Source: Octopus bimaculoides
Taxonomy: Eukaryota
Direction: 5' to 3'
DNA: 63,228 bases
Assembly (NCBI RefSeq): GCF_001194135.2
Contig: NC_068986.1
Span: 93,023,318-93,086,545, forward strand
A program made the translations under genes and the position numbers. The notes below the pieces were generated by a model that made no database searches, was not told the origin of the DNA, and worked only from the letters and a program-made list of their open reading frames with translations. This document shows, one piece after another, positions 11,964 to 25,960 of the stretch (its first letter is position 1; every line of letters begins with the position of its first letter).

Positions 11964-13099
11964 TGCACTGAGAACATCTTTTTCCCCCTGAATATGTGCT
12001 GCTGAAATCAGCATGTATCTAATAGGCTCATGTATCTATTTTGCCATTAAATACTGTTTTAGTGGCTATCGCCATTATCTTTGAAATATTGAAAGAATTT
12101 TTCTACAAGGTCTAAGTCTCCTATGTTGTCGTCCATCTAAGTACTATCTTCACTTGACAGTATTTAATGCCAAGGGTTGAATGAGAACTGGTGTTTTTAG
12201 TGTGATATTACTGTATTAGTTGTTTAGTATCTCTGTCACTGTATTCTGCAGTTTGGTAAATCTGTTAAGGAAAGCTCTGTTTAGACCTACATCGGCTCTG
12301 TTTGACCAATCTATGATAAAGCTATTATCATCCAGTTTTTTTATTTGCACATAGTGTATCTACGACTACATTATCCAATACTTTATTCCTTTTTAAGGTA
12401 GGAGAGTATTTTTTATCAGACCGGTTGACTATATAGAAGTCTCCTTCATTGGTTCATTACCTTAAGTAAAGAATTGTGTTAAGATTTTAAAAGCTGTTAC
12501 AGACATGAATTTTCCTTTTTTATCTTCATTTGTATTAATGGCTAGCAAAGATCTATAGTGGATTTTATAAACAGAGTACAAGAAAGCCAAGATCTAGCTT
12601 TTATTACATTGCAGCTTGGAAATGGAAACTCCAGCCATTGGTAGATTGGTTACATGACCTATGACATTATAGGATCATGTTGTCAGGGAAGATAAACCTA
12701 TTTTCATTTTCTTTCATTTCCTTACCACTTCTTTCATCAACACTTAGTTTCTCTTTCTTTCCTCTGTCTCTGTTTTTTTTGTTTTTTTTTGCAATCCCCC
12801 TTTTCTCCGTTGTTCTCTTTCTTTTGGTCTCTTTCTTTTACTCTCTGTCTTTTCTTTGTAGCTTTCTGTTTCGGCTCTGTGCCCTCCACAAGTGTCTTTT
12901 CCTATCATCTCTTCTTTCACCTTTGTCTTTCTCTCCTTTATCTCCTTCTGCACTTCTGTATCATCCTTCTGTCTTTCTTTTCTTTATTTGCCTTCCTTGT
13001 CTTCATTCTTTGTCTCTCCAAAAAGTTGTGTTCAAGATCATAATTGCTGAAATGAAAAATATAAGAGAAAAGAGGAAAACTGAGAAGAGAAAAAAAATT

Positions 13100-13692
13100 T
13101 AAATGAAAATAAAACGAATGAATAGAGATGACATGTATTGAGATGGATGAAACTGTATAAAAATTGAAGTGTTATGAATGTTTGATGAAACAGATGAAAC
13201 TGCATAAAAATGGATGAAATTATATAAATGGATGAAAATTCAATAAAAATTAATGCAAAGTGGATAAAAGTTGATGAAAATTAGATGAAACTGCATGACA
13301 GTAGATGAAACTGTATAAAAATTGATGAAAGGTTGATGAAATAATAGCTGAAACTATATGAGAATGGATGAAACTGTATAAAAATTGACCATATATAAAT
13401 GGATGAAAATTGGATAAAAATTAATGAAAACGAGATAAAAATTGGCAATAATTAGATGAAACATAGATGAAACTGCATGGAAGTGGATGAAACTTTAAAA
13501 ATTGATGAAAATTGGAAGAAAACAGGAAAATGAATAGAAATGAATGCAAACAGGAAAATTTATAGAAAAATTAATATGAAGATAAAATTGTTAACAACAA
13601 GCAAATAGACATAAATTGATGAAAATGAATGAGATGAAATAAATGAACCAGAAATATGATTGGATAGAAAAAAAATGAAGATACAATGTTTG
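13100..13692. repeat. A-rich degenerate minisatellite running into a gap
   Basis: Recurrent gatgaaa(ctgtata)aaaatt units of ~10-20 bp. Confidence 0.8.
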
Positions 13693-14465
13693 NNNNNNNN
13701 NNNNNNNNNNNNNNNNNNNNNNNNNNNNNNNNNNNNNNNNNNNNNNNNNNNNNNNNNNNNNNNNNNNNNNNNNNNNNNNNNNNNNNNNNNNNNNNNNNNN
13801 NNNNNNNNNNNNNNNNNNNNNNNNNNNNNNNNNNNNNNNNNNNNNNNNNNNNNNNNNNNNNNNNNNNNNNNNNNNNNNNNNNNNNNNNNNNNNNNNNNNN
13901 NNNNNNNNNNNNNNNNNNNNNNNNNNNNNNNNNNNNNNNNNNNNNNNNNNNNNNNNNNNNNNNNNNNNNNNNNNNNNNNNNNNNNNNNNNNNNNNNNNNN
14001 NNNNNNNNNNNNNNNNNNNNNNNNNNNNNNNNNNNNNNNNNNNNNNNNNNNNNNNNNNNNNNNNNNNNNNNNNNNNNNNNNNNNNNNNNNNNNNNNNNNN
14101 NNNNNNNNNNNNNNNNNNNNNNNNNNNNNNNNNNNNNNNNNNNNNNNNNNNNNNNNNNNNNNNNNNNNNNNNNNNNNNNNNNNNNNNNNNNNNNNNNNNN
14201 NNNNNNNNNNNNNNNNNNNNNNNNNNNNNNNNNNNNNNNNNNNNNNNNNNNNNNNNNNNNNNNNNNNNNNNNNNNNNNNNNNNNNNNNNNNNNNNNNNNN
14301 NNNNNNNNNNNNNNNNNNNNNNNNNNNNNNNNNNNNNNNNNNNNNNNNNNNNNNNNNNNNNNNNNNNNNNNNNNNNNNNNNNNNNNNNNNNNNNNNNNNN
14401 NNNNNNNNNNNNNNNNNNNNNNNNNNNNNNNNNNNNNNNNNNNNNNNNNNNNNNNNNNNNNNNNN

Positions 14466-14523
<58 letters not shown>

Positions 14524-14899
14524 AAATAACTTGTGCCATGCAGTGTTGAGAGTTTTCGATTTTATTTTTAATGTTTTAATTCTTCAAAATTTTATTTTGC
14601 ATATTTCATTTTGTCTTTTGCTTGCTCTATCTCTATCTTTCTTTCCTTCCTTATTTTTTCTTTCTTTCCCTCTTTCTCTCTCTCTCTCTTGCTCTCTCTT
14701 TCTGTCTTTCTTCCTTTCTGTCTTGTGCCTTTTTATCCTTACTCCTTCCCCTCTCTGTTTTCCTCTCCTACACTCTCCCTGACACAAAAGATAGATAGAT
14801 AGATAGATAAAGAGAGAGAGAAAGGGAGAGAAAAAACTTGATAGAGACAGCTAATATAAGTAGATAAATTAACAAGCGCTTCTCACTGAAACACAAGTC

Positions 14900-15749
14900 C
14901 TCAATTTTGGGACAAAATATAGTTGGTTAAATCAGCCCCAGTACTTGACTGGTATTACTTGATCCTATCAACTCCATCCTGGAAAGATGAATGCCAAAGT
15001 TGACCATGGCAAGATTTGAACTCAGTATGTGCTCGATCATAATTGAATAGCAATGCATACTAATAATAATGATTTCTTACATTGTCATGAGGGTTAAAAT
15101 ATATTCAGAATTGGCTATCATTGATTAAATTTTCCCTGTTATATAACTGCTACTTAATGAAATTTTGTACAGCATATGTGCAAGGCCACATCTTGCAGGC
15201 TTCTAACTCACTCCAATGTATTACTGGTATCTGTTTTAGTGTTCCTGGAAGGGTAAATAACATATTTGACTTCTGGATTTGAACTCGCAATGTAAAGAGG
15301 TGTAACTAAATAATTTGAGGAATTTTATCTGTTTAACGCTCCACTGGTTACTATAGAGATAAGTGATTTATTATTTTGGTACAAGTCATCCTCATCATTT
15401 TCATCATCATTGTCATTATCATCAGAAGCAGGAGAGTCTCTATGAATTGCTTGATTCACTGGAAATAGCTGCCAAATTTTCCTCAAATCACATTCTCCTC
15501 TTAAATAATAATAATAATAATAATAATGGTTTCAAATTTTGGCACAAGGCTAGCAATTTCGAGATAGGAAGATCAGTTGAATACATTGACCTCAGTATTC
15601 AACTGGTACTTATTTTATTGACCCCAGAAGGATGAAAGGCAAAGTCAATCTTGGTGGAACTTGAACTTAGAACACAAAATCAGATGAAATGCCACTGAGC
15701 ATTTTACCGAGTGTGCTAATGATTTTGTCAGCTCACCACCTTTATAATG

Positions 15750-15781
<32 letters not shown>

Positions 15782-15995
15782 TGTAATAATGGTTTCAAAT
15801 TTTGATACAAGGGCAGCAATTTCGGGGTAGGGGGATCAGTCAAATACATTGACCTCAGTACTCAATTGGTACTTATTTTATCGACCCAGAAAAGAGGAAA
15901 GGCAAAGTTTATGTCGGTGGAATTTGAATTCAGAATGTAATGGCGGACAAAATGTCACTAAGCACTTTGGCTTGTTAACGATTCTGCCAGTTCGT
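14900..15995 (-). mobile_element. Three SINE family B copies on the minus strand
   Basis: Reverse complement of the family B motifs, with (AAT)n tails at 15503-15525 and 15750-15790. Confidence 0.8.
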
Positions 15996-16583
15996 GTGTG
16001 TATGTGTATGTGCTTGTGAAAAATATATTTATATATTTGAGTGAGTGTATGTGTTTGTGCATGTTTATTTAAAAAGTTACATAAAAAATAGAATTACAGA
16101 CACATGCGCAATAACACACATGTATATATCATCATCATCATCATCATCGTTTAACGTCCGCTTTCCATGCTAGCATGGGTTGGACGATTTGACTGAGGAC
16201 TGGTGCAACCGGATGGCTACACCAGGCTCCAATCTAATTTGGCAGAGTTTCTACAGCTGGATGCCCTTCCTAACGCCAACCACTCAGAGAGTGTAGTGGG
16301 TGCTTTTACGTATATACATACATACATATACATATATAAACAGACTCACTTAAAAAGGAAGGAAGCGGGCTGTAACAAAGTATAGAAAACCATGTTCGCT
16401 ACAGGCTGTGCTACTCATACATATAAATGTATACACACACACATACACACACACACACACACATACACACACACTAACACAAAGTTGAAGCACTGTTTGA
16501 TTTTCTTTTTTTTCACCTTTTTGTACCCTTTTTATATATAAAATACCACAATTAGCTGTCATTTTTGACGGCACGGTGTCAGC

Positions 16584-16614
<31 letters not shown>

Positions 16615-17141
16615 GATACTTTCTTCATTGGCCTAATGGGCTGACAAAAAACATTTCGGACATTACAAAGACAAAGGACAGTGGGGATTATACACAAGTA
16701 AATAATAATAGCAATGACCACTGAAGAACGATGCTGGTTAATGTAGTCTAAGATACTTTTTGAAAAGAAATCATGTCATAATCACACTTGGAATACTTCT
16801 GATCTTAGGCCAGGTCATTCGCATTTGATCTGGGGCTAAACAATATGAGTAGCATTTTTCTTAATGTCCATTTTTTTTACCTTTGTATGATTGGCTGGGC
16901 TAGACTAGATTGGATGTGGTAGGTCTATAGTGCAATATAGCATCTCTCCTTACAACATCCTCACACCTGACTCTACTTCATATTTTTTTGTTTCGATTTT
17001 TATTTTTTTTATTTTACATCTTTTAAAGACGAATCTAGAATTCTATTCACTGCAAGCAATGTCTACAGTTAGCAGACAGCACCACTTTGCCAGTTGTTCA
17101 CCAAGCTGGTGTTATCTATTTACAATCAATAATAATTACAG

Positions 17142-17185
<44 letters not shown>

Positions 17186-17325
17186 CCATAATCGTTAGTC
17201 CGACAAAATTTATTTTGGTGAACTTATGATTACAGATTAAATATTTTTATTCACTCTCAGATTTATTTTAAGTTCTTTAGTCTAAGTGGTCAGACATAGC
17301 TTCTTTTGAATTTGTAACACCTGGA

Positions 17326-17393
<68 letters not shown>

Positions 17394-18205
17394 GAGAGGA
17401 TTACAGGGGATACATAAAGTGCTGGTACATATCAAAGGGGGAAGCATGCCACAGTTATTGGCTAGACAATGATGCAAATCAGACAGTTAAGTAATCCATT
17501 ACTATGCCATGAAATGTATTGAAGAGAAGTTCACCATTGTTTGATAATCCACAACTCCAGTAGTCAGTATTCTCCAAAAGTATCCAATGATTATTGGAAT
17601 CCTATGTCTGGTGTGAAAACAAAGAAAAACAGGTGAATGAGTTCTATATGTGAGATTAGGTGAGATGAGGTGTTGCAGTATCATGTATATGGTGTCGGGA
17701 ACTGCAGATCTGCACAATACAAACCATCATCTGAGCACTATTAAAAAATAATGCATATGAGTGTTTGAGAAACTACAGACCTAAACCCAATTGAGTTAGA
17801 TGTATGCCTGTGTATAATGGATGGGAGACAATCTCTGTTTTTTGTCAGTGGCTGGAAAAATACACCCTGTGTAAAGGGTTGGTGATACAAAGGCATCTTG
17901 TTGCTAAAACCTGCTGGAACTCACACCAAAAAATATTAGCCAGCATTTCTCAGTTGCATGGTAGATGCTGAAGAACACAAAGGACCATATGTGTTTGCCA
18001 AGACAAAAGACTTTGGTAAATGATGAGATGACAAGGTGTGGCGAGTGGCAAGATATTGTTGAAACCCGATAGCTCATCCCAGGATGGGAGGAAACAAATG
18101 TATAAAGGATGATGATGATGATGATGATTATTATACATGTATTTATATGTATACAGATGTATGTAAATATGTATACGTGTGTGTGTGTGTCTATCTATTT
18201 ATCTA

Positions 18206-18259
<54 letters not shown>

Positions 18260-18522
18260 TGCATACATTTGTCCATAAGTAAGGCAGCATTTAAACTGTT
18301 CTGTTAAAAAGGAATTCTTAGTCACATGGTATGCATGTATACATATGAAATTGTTACCCTTTTACATGTTTCAGTCATTAGACTGTGGCCATGCTGTAAT
18401 TGTATTTGCATATATTTTTACATTCCTATATATATAAAATTAAAATCCAATACAAGGAAAAACAGGCTCCTCTATGGGGATGGAAACATTAAATTTTTTA
18501 CTGGTTTACTGGTTTAATACCC

Positions 18523-19400
18523 AAATCTCACAACTGTTTCGATTCAGACAAAATAATAAATTTATAAAAATTCATGTTTTGGGGTAAGAATCTCAGGGAA
18601 ATATTTGACAAAAATTACATATGAGGAGCTTTATAACCGTTATATTATTTTTTTATTTATTTTGATTTTTTGCTTTTTATTATATATTTTTAATATATAC
18701 TTTTAAAAAAATTATTTATGCTCACACTTACAAGCATAAACATATTTAATTCAGCCTGCTCTAGGATCTAAAACTCATCGTATGTAATTTTTGTCAAATA
18801 TTTCCATGATGAAATTCTTACTCAAAAACATGAATGTTTGTAAATTCACAAAAATGAAAAGAAAATGGGAGATTTATGATATTTTAATTTATTAACATAA
18901 TATTATATTAGGATAATATAATATATAATGATATAATATAAATATTACAATCCTATGATTGTTTTGATTCAGAACCAATAATGAGTTTATAAAAATTCAT
19001 GTTTTTGGTTAAGAATCTCATCAGGGATTTTAATTGACAAAAATTACATATGTGGAGTTTTAGATTCTAGAATAGACTGAATTGAATATGTTTATGTTTG
19101 TAAGTGTGAACATCAATAATTTAAAATAATATATATAATAAAAACAAAAAATTCAAAATTAATAAAAAATAAATAAATACTAATATTATGGTCATAAAAC
19201 TCTTCATATGTAATTTTTGTCTAATATTTCCTTGATGAGACTGTTACCCCAAAACATAAGTTTTTATAAATTCATTATTAGGTCTGAATTAAAAAAATTG
19301 TAAGATGATAATGTTTATATTATATTATATTATGATAATAATATATTATGTTAATAAATTAAAATATGTCAATCATAAATTTCCATTTTCTTTTCATTTT

Positions 19401-19402
<2 letters not shown>
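18523..19402. mobile_element. Nested inverted repeat of four decayed hammerhead-bearing modules (PLE/retrozyme-like)
   Basis: A ~90-bp module (catatgtaatttttgtcaaatatttcc-CTGATGA-GATTC...GAATC-GAAAC) occurs at ~18523-18630 (-), 18780-18847 (+, truncated), 18949-19050 (-) and 19200-19307 (+). The spacer between modules 1 and 2 is the reverse complement of the spacer between modules 3 and 4. Segment 18848-18950 is mirrored at 19300-19402. Confidence 0.75.
18949..19029 (-). ncRNA. Decayed hammerhead ribozyme with a 42-nt stem II loop
   Basis: Minus strand reads AATCC-CTGATGA-GATTC-(42 nt)-GAATC-AAAAC-AATC-AT-A-GGATT. Stem I and stem II are perfect 5-bp helices and CUGAUGA is intact. GAAA has become AAAA and stem III is damaged, so it is probably inactive. 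Confidence 0.6.
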
Positions 19403-19442
<40 letters not shown>

Positions 19443-19534
19443 GAGTGTGTAACTATATGTAATTTCATATGTACACACAGACACATGCACATACATGATA
19501 TGTATGTGTATACATGTATGCTTATGTATGCCTA

Positions 19535-19583
<49 letters not shown>

Positions 19584-19710
19584 GTGTGCATGTGTGTGTA
19601 TATATATATATATGTATGTATAAATATATATATATTTCTGTGCGTTGTGTATGTATGTATGTATACATTTCATATTCTTTTCTGTTGAATTAACCTTATA
19701 GAATTACATA

Positions 19711-19776
<66 letters not shown>

Positions 19777-22700
19777 GAAATGTTTTTTATAATGATAGTC
19801 TTGAAATATCCACGCTTCTAAGCACATATGGTTTCTGGCGGGAGGATAAAAGTGAGATAGAAAATGGTTCTGGTTGTCATCGTCATCATCATTGTAGTAG
19901 TGTTGAGGGTGGCACTACTTTATATTTGTGATGTAATGATATATATGTTTTATAATTGCCTTGCAATATATCTCTCTGTTTCATCTTTGGTTGCTTCTTG
20001 CACTTCTCTCTCTCTCTCTGTTTAAAGGAAGAAAATTTCTTTCATGTCATTTACTCTCCTGAAGTATATTTGTAGCACAGTGTGTTCTGTTCTGTGATAT
20101 CTCTTTGATACGCCATGTCATTTTGTATTCCATCTCTGCTATAGCTAGTTGCAGTGAAGATATCACTTTTAAGGCAATCTATATTAAAGCAGGGTATATT
20201 TCCATTAAATCTTAAATTGCTTAATCCTTGTATAATTTGCTAATCACATGGTAGGCTTGATTTGCTGAAGAGGTCTAATAATGCTGAAACATGCTCTGAA
20301 TTTTCATAATTTCTTACTGTATGTCTTCATTTAACTTTTATTCAATTTTAATTTTACATATATTTGCATTGCTCCTACTGACAAAAATCATCATTAGGGC
20401 TAATGGTTTTTTTTTTCCTTATACGTGTAGCTTCATTTGATGAAAACTTACCTCTGAATCACTATGTTACATATATTAGCCTACACTTAACAAACTGCGT
20501 TTCTGTTATGGCTACCAGTAGTGTGGTAGATGTAGTGTTGTGTAACTGTTAATGCAAGTTATATCATGGTGTATCTCCACTGTCCATGCATGGCCCTGTG
20601 GCTATCTTAGAAATATCCTCACGAAACAAGGCTGGGGTAAGTATCTGTGATGTTGATGACATTCTCAAGAACATAAAATGGTTAATCTTTATTCATATTA
20701 ATTTTCAGTTGCTGTCATTGGTTTTTAGCCCCTGGGTAGGTTCACATCCGACAGACCTATGATAAAACACTATCCCATCCATGATCATCCATCTGTTAGT
20801 CAAACGCAGTATATCAAGTGGAACGAGGGGAATAAGTGACAGACTGTGGGACAATGTGAATGGTTACAACAACAGGTAGACAAATATTTTGAAAGATGAC
20901 GGACAAAATGTAAACACACATAAAAAATTAACTATAAAAGTTGTGCACAATGAGTAGCATGCCAGAAAAAGGAAAGGAAATGAAGTAGACAGATGTTCCG
21001 GGTGAACTCTTTATCAAAGTAAAGTAAAGGAGCAAGATAAAAGAAATGAGAAAGAAACAAGAAAAGAACCAATACCCATTTGAAGTATATGTGTGTCTTT
21101 TGCTTAGAATCATGTAGTCATATCTATGACTACACACATACACACACACACACATTAAATTTAATCATGCATACTTATTCATAGAATAAGAATCTGTCTA
21201 TTACCTGCATAACATTTGAATTTGCTGCTAGCAGGTTGGTAGTGTTGCTGCTGCTGCTGATGATGATGGTACTTGTGATGGGAATGATGATATGATGGTG
21301 TGTGATGGTGGTGGTGGTGGTGGGGTGGGTAGTGTGGATGGCACTGGTACTAGCAACTCTTTTGTTGCATCCCATGCATCTACCGTCAAAACAGTTTTTT
21401 TTGTGTTGTATCTCTAATGTCATCTCATAGCTTCATTTCATGTTGCACCAACCAACGCAGCAAATTCCTCCTTGTAACGTTGAAGTAAAAAAAAAAATCC
21501 TTTGTTGTCAAGTCTCAATGAATTATTTTCCACATTCAGCTATAATTCTTTACGTGTTGGTTGCAGAAATATATACTCTGCTTTGGAAGAAAATGAACTG
21601 ATGCTAATTTTTTGTTTTTGATACTTGGAAATTTTTTCTTGTCACAGACATCTTTCATTTTTGATGTTTGCTGTAAAACATTTCTTGATTGTCTCTCTTT
21701 TATTGCTATTTTCATTTGTGTTGCTCCAGCATGGTCTTTGTCCAATGATTGAAACTAGTAAAAGAATAGTGTTAGGGCTGTGGATTGACAGAATTGTTAG
21801 TGTCAGACACAATGCTTTGTAGTTTTTTTATTCCAGATCTTTGTATTTTGAGTTCAGTTCAGGTCAAGGTCACATTTACCTTTTATTCTTCCAGGGTTTG
21901 ATGAAATAAAATACAAGTCAAATACTACAGTTGATTTATTTGACTGCCACCTCCCTGATGACAGAGGCATGAAAAAGCACCTTGTACATTCTATGAAGGG
22001 GTTGGCATTAGGAAAGGCATCATAGAAGCCATGCCAAAAATGACATTGGAGCTTGATGCAGTCCTGCAGCTCACAGATTCCTTGTCAAACCATCTTACTC
22101 ATGCCAACATAAAAAGCAGATGTTAGATAATGATGATGATGATGAACATATTTATGTGAAATATTGGGAAAGGAGAAAAGTGAATTGTGTTGTAATATTA
22201 TTAACAAGAATGTATTGTTATTTCATAAATGCAGTTTGTATTAAGCAGGCATGTGTGTATATGTGCCTTGCAAGTTTATGTATCATCATCATTGTTGGTT
22301 TATATTCACTTTCCATGCTGGCTTTCATTCGACAAATAGCCATGGTCTGAGATACTGCCTGCCTAGATGAGCACCTTGCATGCTCATATTGGTTTTTGGC
22401 TTGGTTCCTATGACTGCCCTTCCTATCACCATCAGCTTAAACACCTTAAAAGAATGTATTAGGTGCATATTTTATCATAGCATCAGCATTGAGAGGTTGT
22501 CTTGTCTTTGTCAAGACTAAAGAGCCCTTTTAACTCTATGTACTCCCTGCTTGTTCACCAACCACTTTACAGAGTTTACTTGGTGCATTTTGTCATGGTA
22601 TCGGCACCAGAGAGGTAGTCATACCTTCAGAAAGGCTAAAGGAATCTCTCTATTACATTGTTTTTATTAATATGAGTGCATATTTGTATATGTGTGTGTG

Positions 22701-23468
22701 TGTTTGTTTATATATATGTGGTTAAGAAGCTTGCTTTCCAATCATGGTCTTGGGTTCTGTGTCCCACTGCACAGTACTTAGGGCACTTCTGAGTGGGTTT
22801 GGTAGATGGGAGTTAAAAGAAGCCCATCATGTATGTATGTATGTGTGTGTGTGTGTGTGTTTGCCTGTACCCCTGTTGAGACATTACTTGATGGTCGTAA
22901 ATGAGCCTTGTCATCATACAAACGAGGTCGTGCATTTCTAGTCTTCTGTGAAAAGCATGTCAAGTTATGGGAAAACATTATCTTACTTAGAAACATATGA
23001 AGGATGGAGACAAGAAGGGCATCTGTCTGTAGAAAATCTGCTTTGACAAATTCAGTCTGAGCCATGCAGTTATGGAAAGTGGATGTTCAATGATGATTAT
23101 GATGGAATATCATCATCATCATCATTTAATGTCCATTTTCCATGCTAGCATGGGTTGGACAGTTTGACTAGAGCTGTCCAGCTGCAGAGCTGCACCAGGC
23201 TCCAGTTGTCTGTTTTGGCTTGGTTTCTATTGCTGAATTCTTTTCTTAATGCCAACCACTTTACAGAGTGTACTGGGTGCTTTTTTTATGTGGTCCTGGC
23301 ACAGGTGCTTCTCATGGGGCACTGGCACAAGTGCATTATATGTGGCACCAGTACGGGTGCTTTTTACTTGGTACTAGTATGTGTGCTTTTTACGTAGCAC
23401 TAGAACTTGGCAGTTTCAGTTGGGTTGGTATCAAAGGGGTTAAGTTATTAATCTCTTTCTGTGGGCAG

Positions 23469-23594
23469 AAGATGGATATTCTTTTTTTGATATAGGTCTA
23501 AGAAGACTTGAAACAAGTCTGACTGATCTCCTGTTGTTTGCTCACAAAGAGATAAAAAGAAAATCTATGATGAAACTCTTTAGATTACATTTTA
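23469..23594 (+). CDS. Weak candidate 126-nt symmetric phase-1 exon
   Basis: ctctttctgtgggcag|AA..TTTA|gtgagt, open reading EDGYSFFDIGLRRLETSLTDLLLFAHKEIKRKSMMKLFRLHF. No homology recognised. Confidence 0.2.
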
Positions 23595-23706
23595 GTGAGT
23601 CTAAAATTGTATGCTTATTTAGAAAATAATGTATGCCTTAAAAGTATGTGTGAAATTATCAAAGAAAATAATGCTGTCTAATGAGTTTTATACATCTATA
23701 TCTATC

Positions 23707-23746
<40 letters not shown>

Positions 23747-24567
23747 NNNNNNNNNNNNNNNNNNNNNNNNNNNNNNNNNNNNNNNNNNNNNNNNNNNNNN
23801 NNNNNNNNNNNNNNNNNNNNNNNNNNNNNNNNNNNNNNNNNNNNNNNNNNNNNNNNNNNNNNNNNNNNNNNNNNNNNNNNNNNNNNNNNNNNNNNNNNNN
23901 NNNNNNNNNNNNNNNNNNNNNNNNNNNNNNNNNNNNNNNNNNNNNNNNNNNNNNNNNNNNNNNNNNNNNNNNNNNNNNNNNNNNNNNNNNNNNNNNNNNN
24001 NNNNNNNNNNNNNNNNNNNNNNNNNNNNNNNNNNNNNNNNNNNNNNNNNNNNNNNNNNNNNNNNNNNNNNNNNNNNNNNNNNNNNNNNNNNNNNNNNNNN
24101 NNNNNNNNNNNNNNNNNNNNNNNNNNNNNNNNNNNNNNNNNNNNNNNNNNNNNNNNNNNNNNNNNNNNNNNNNNNNNNNNNNNNNNNNNNNNNNNNNNNN
24201 NNNNNNNNNNNNNNNNNNNNNNNNNNNNNNNNNNNNNNNNNNNNNNNNNNNNNNNNNNNNNNNNNNNNNNNNNNNNNNNNNNNNNNNNNNNNNNNNNNNN
24301 NNNNNNNNNNNNNNNNNNNNNNNNNNNNNNNNNNNNNNNNNNNNNNNNNNNNNNNNNNNNNNNNNNNNNNNNNNNNNNNNNNNNNNNNNNNNNNNNNNNN
24401 NNNNNNNNNNNNNNNNNNNNNNNNNNNNNNNNNNNNNNNNNNNNNNNNNNNNNNNNNNNNNNNNNNNNNNNNNNNNNNNNNNNNNNNNNNNNNNNNNNNN
24501 NNNNNNNNNNNNNNNNNNNNNNNNNNNNNNNNNNNNNNNNNNNNNNNNNNNNNNNNNNNNNNNNNNN

Positions 24568-24650
<83 letters not shown>

Positions 24651-25659
24651 CATACATAGAGAGAGAGAAAAATATCTATATTTGTGTGTGTGTGTGTGTG
24701 TGTGTATATATCTTCATATATGTAGGCATGCATGTATATCATGCATATGCATGTATATCATGCATATGCATGTATGCACCTATATATAGTAATGTCTAAG
24801 TACAAATATATATAGTCACACACACACAAACATGCACAAGCACAAAGCATATATTTGCAAGTGCACACTTCTGCATGTATGCATATACATGTATGTGTGT
24901 GTGTATACTCAAGTGCATATATATACATATGTATGTACACACGTGCACATACATACATACACACATATATATCTACACACACACACTTACACACACATAG
25001 TGAGTGAGGAGGAGAGAGCTTTATTGATCTTGCTATTTTAATACATCGGCCTTATATTTCTTTGATAGGTTATTGATTTATTTTTTGTGTTGTTTGAAAT
25101 GTTTCCTCACAACTGTTCCTGTATTTTTTGTATCTAGGCCTATCATATACCACAGTAACCACATCTCTGAATATCATATAAGTGGCTACGAGCTAATGAG
25201 GATACCTTCAGTGTAATTACTTGACATGCTAGAAATAACAGTCAATTTTCCCTCAAATTACATCCTACATATTAAAAAAGTGAAAAGAAGAAGGAAGCAT
25301 ACATTCAGTAATGTAATTTGGACATCACAATGCAGACAATAATGACTGGATTACCTTGCCTCTTTGGCTGGCTGTAGGCAGTGAGTTGGCAGACATATTA
25401 ACAAGTTGAACAAAATGCTTAACAGCACTTCTTTTGGCGTTACGTTTTGAGTTCAAACTCTACTGGGGTCAGTTTTGCTTTTTATCCTTTTGAGGTTATA
25501 AAAATATATACCAGTTGAGCACTGAGGTTGATGCAATCGAATTGCCCACTCCATAAAATTTTGGGCCTTCCTGCTTACAGCAGATAAAAAACAAATTAAA
25601 TTATAGGTTTGCTTGATTGCAGATGACATAGCGCTAAACAAAAACGGCCACAACATAAA

Positions 25660-25960
25660 CGGATATCATATCTATGACAATCATATTAACCATTATCGTA
25701 TACTAGGCTTTTATATTCTCATTTATATCTGTAGCTATTATAACCACAATTATCATACCTGTGACTATCATATCCATCATTATAATATCTATGACTATCA
25801 TACTTACAGTTATTATATCTATGACTATCATACTTACAGTTATTATATCTATGATTATCATATCCACAGTTACCATGTATATAATTATCATTTCCACAGT
25901 GATCATTTCTACAGTTATTTTATTATAGCTATGGCTACTATACCCACAAGTTTTATATCT
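25660..25960. repeat. 30-bp minisatellite, about nine copies
   Basis: Unit tatatctatgactatcatacttacagttat, near-identical in the middle and diverged at the edges. Confidence 0.85.

Noticed and set aside
21955-21990. CTGATGA...GAAA
   Set aside because: No stem II or stem I pairing, so a chance motif.
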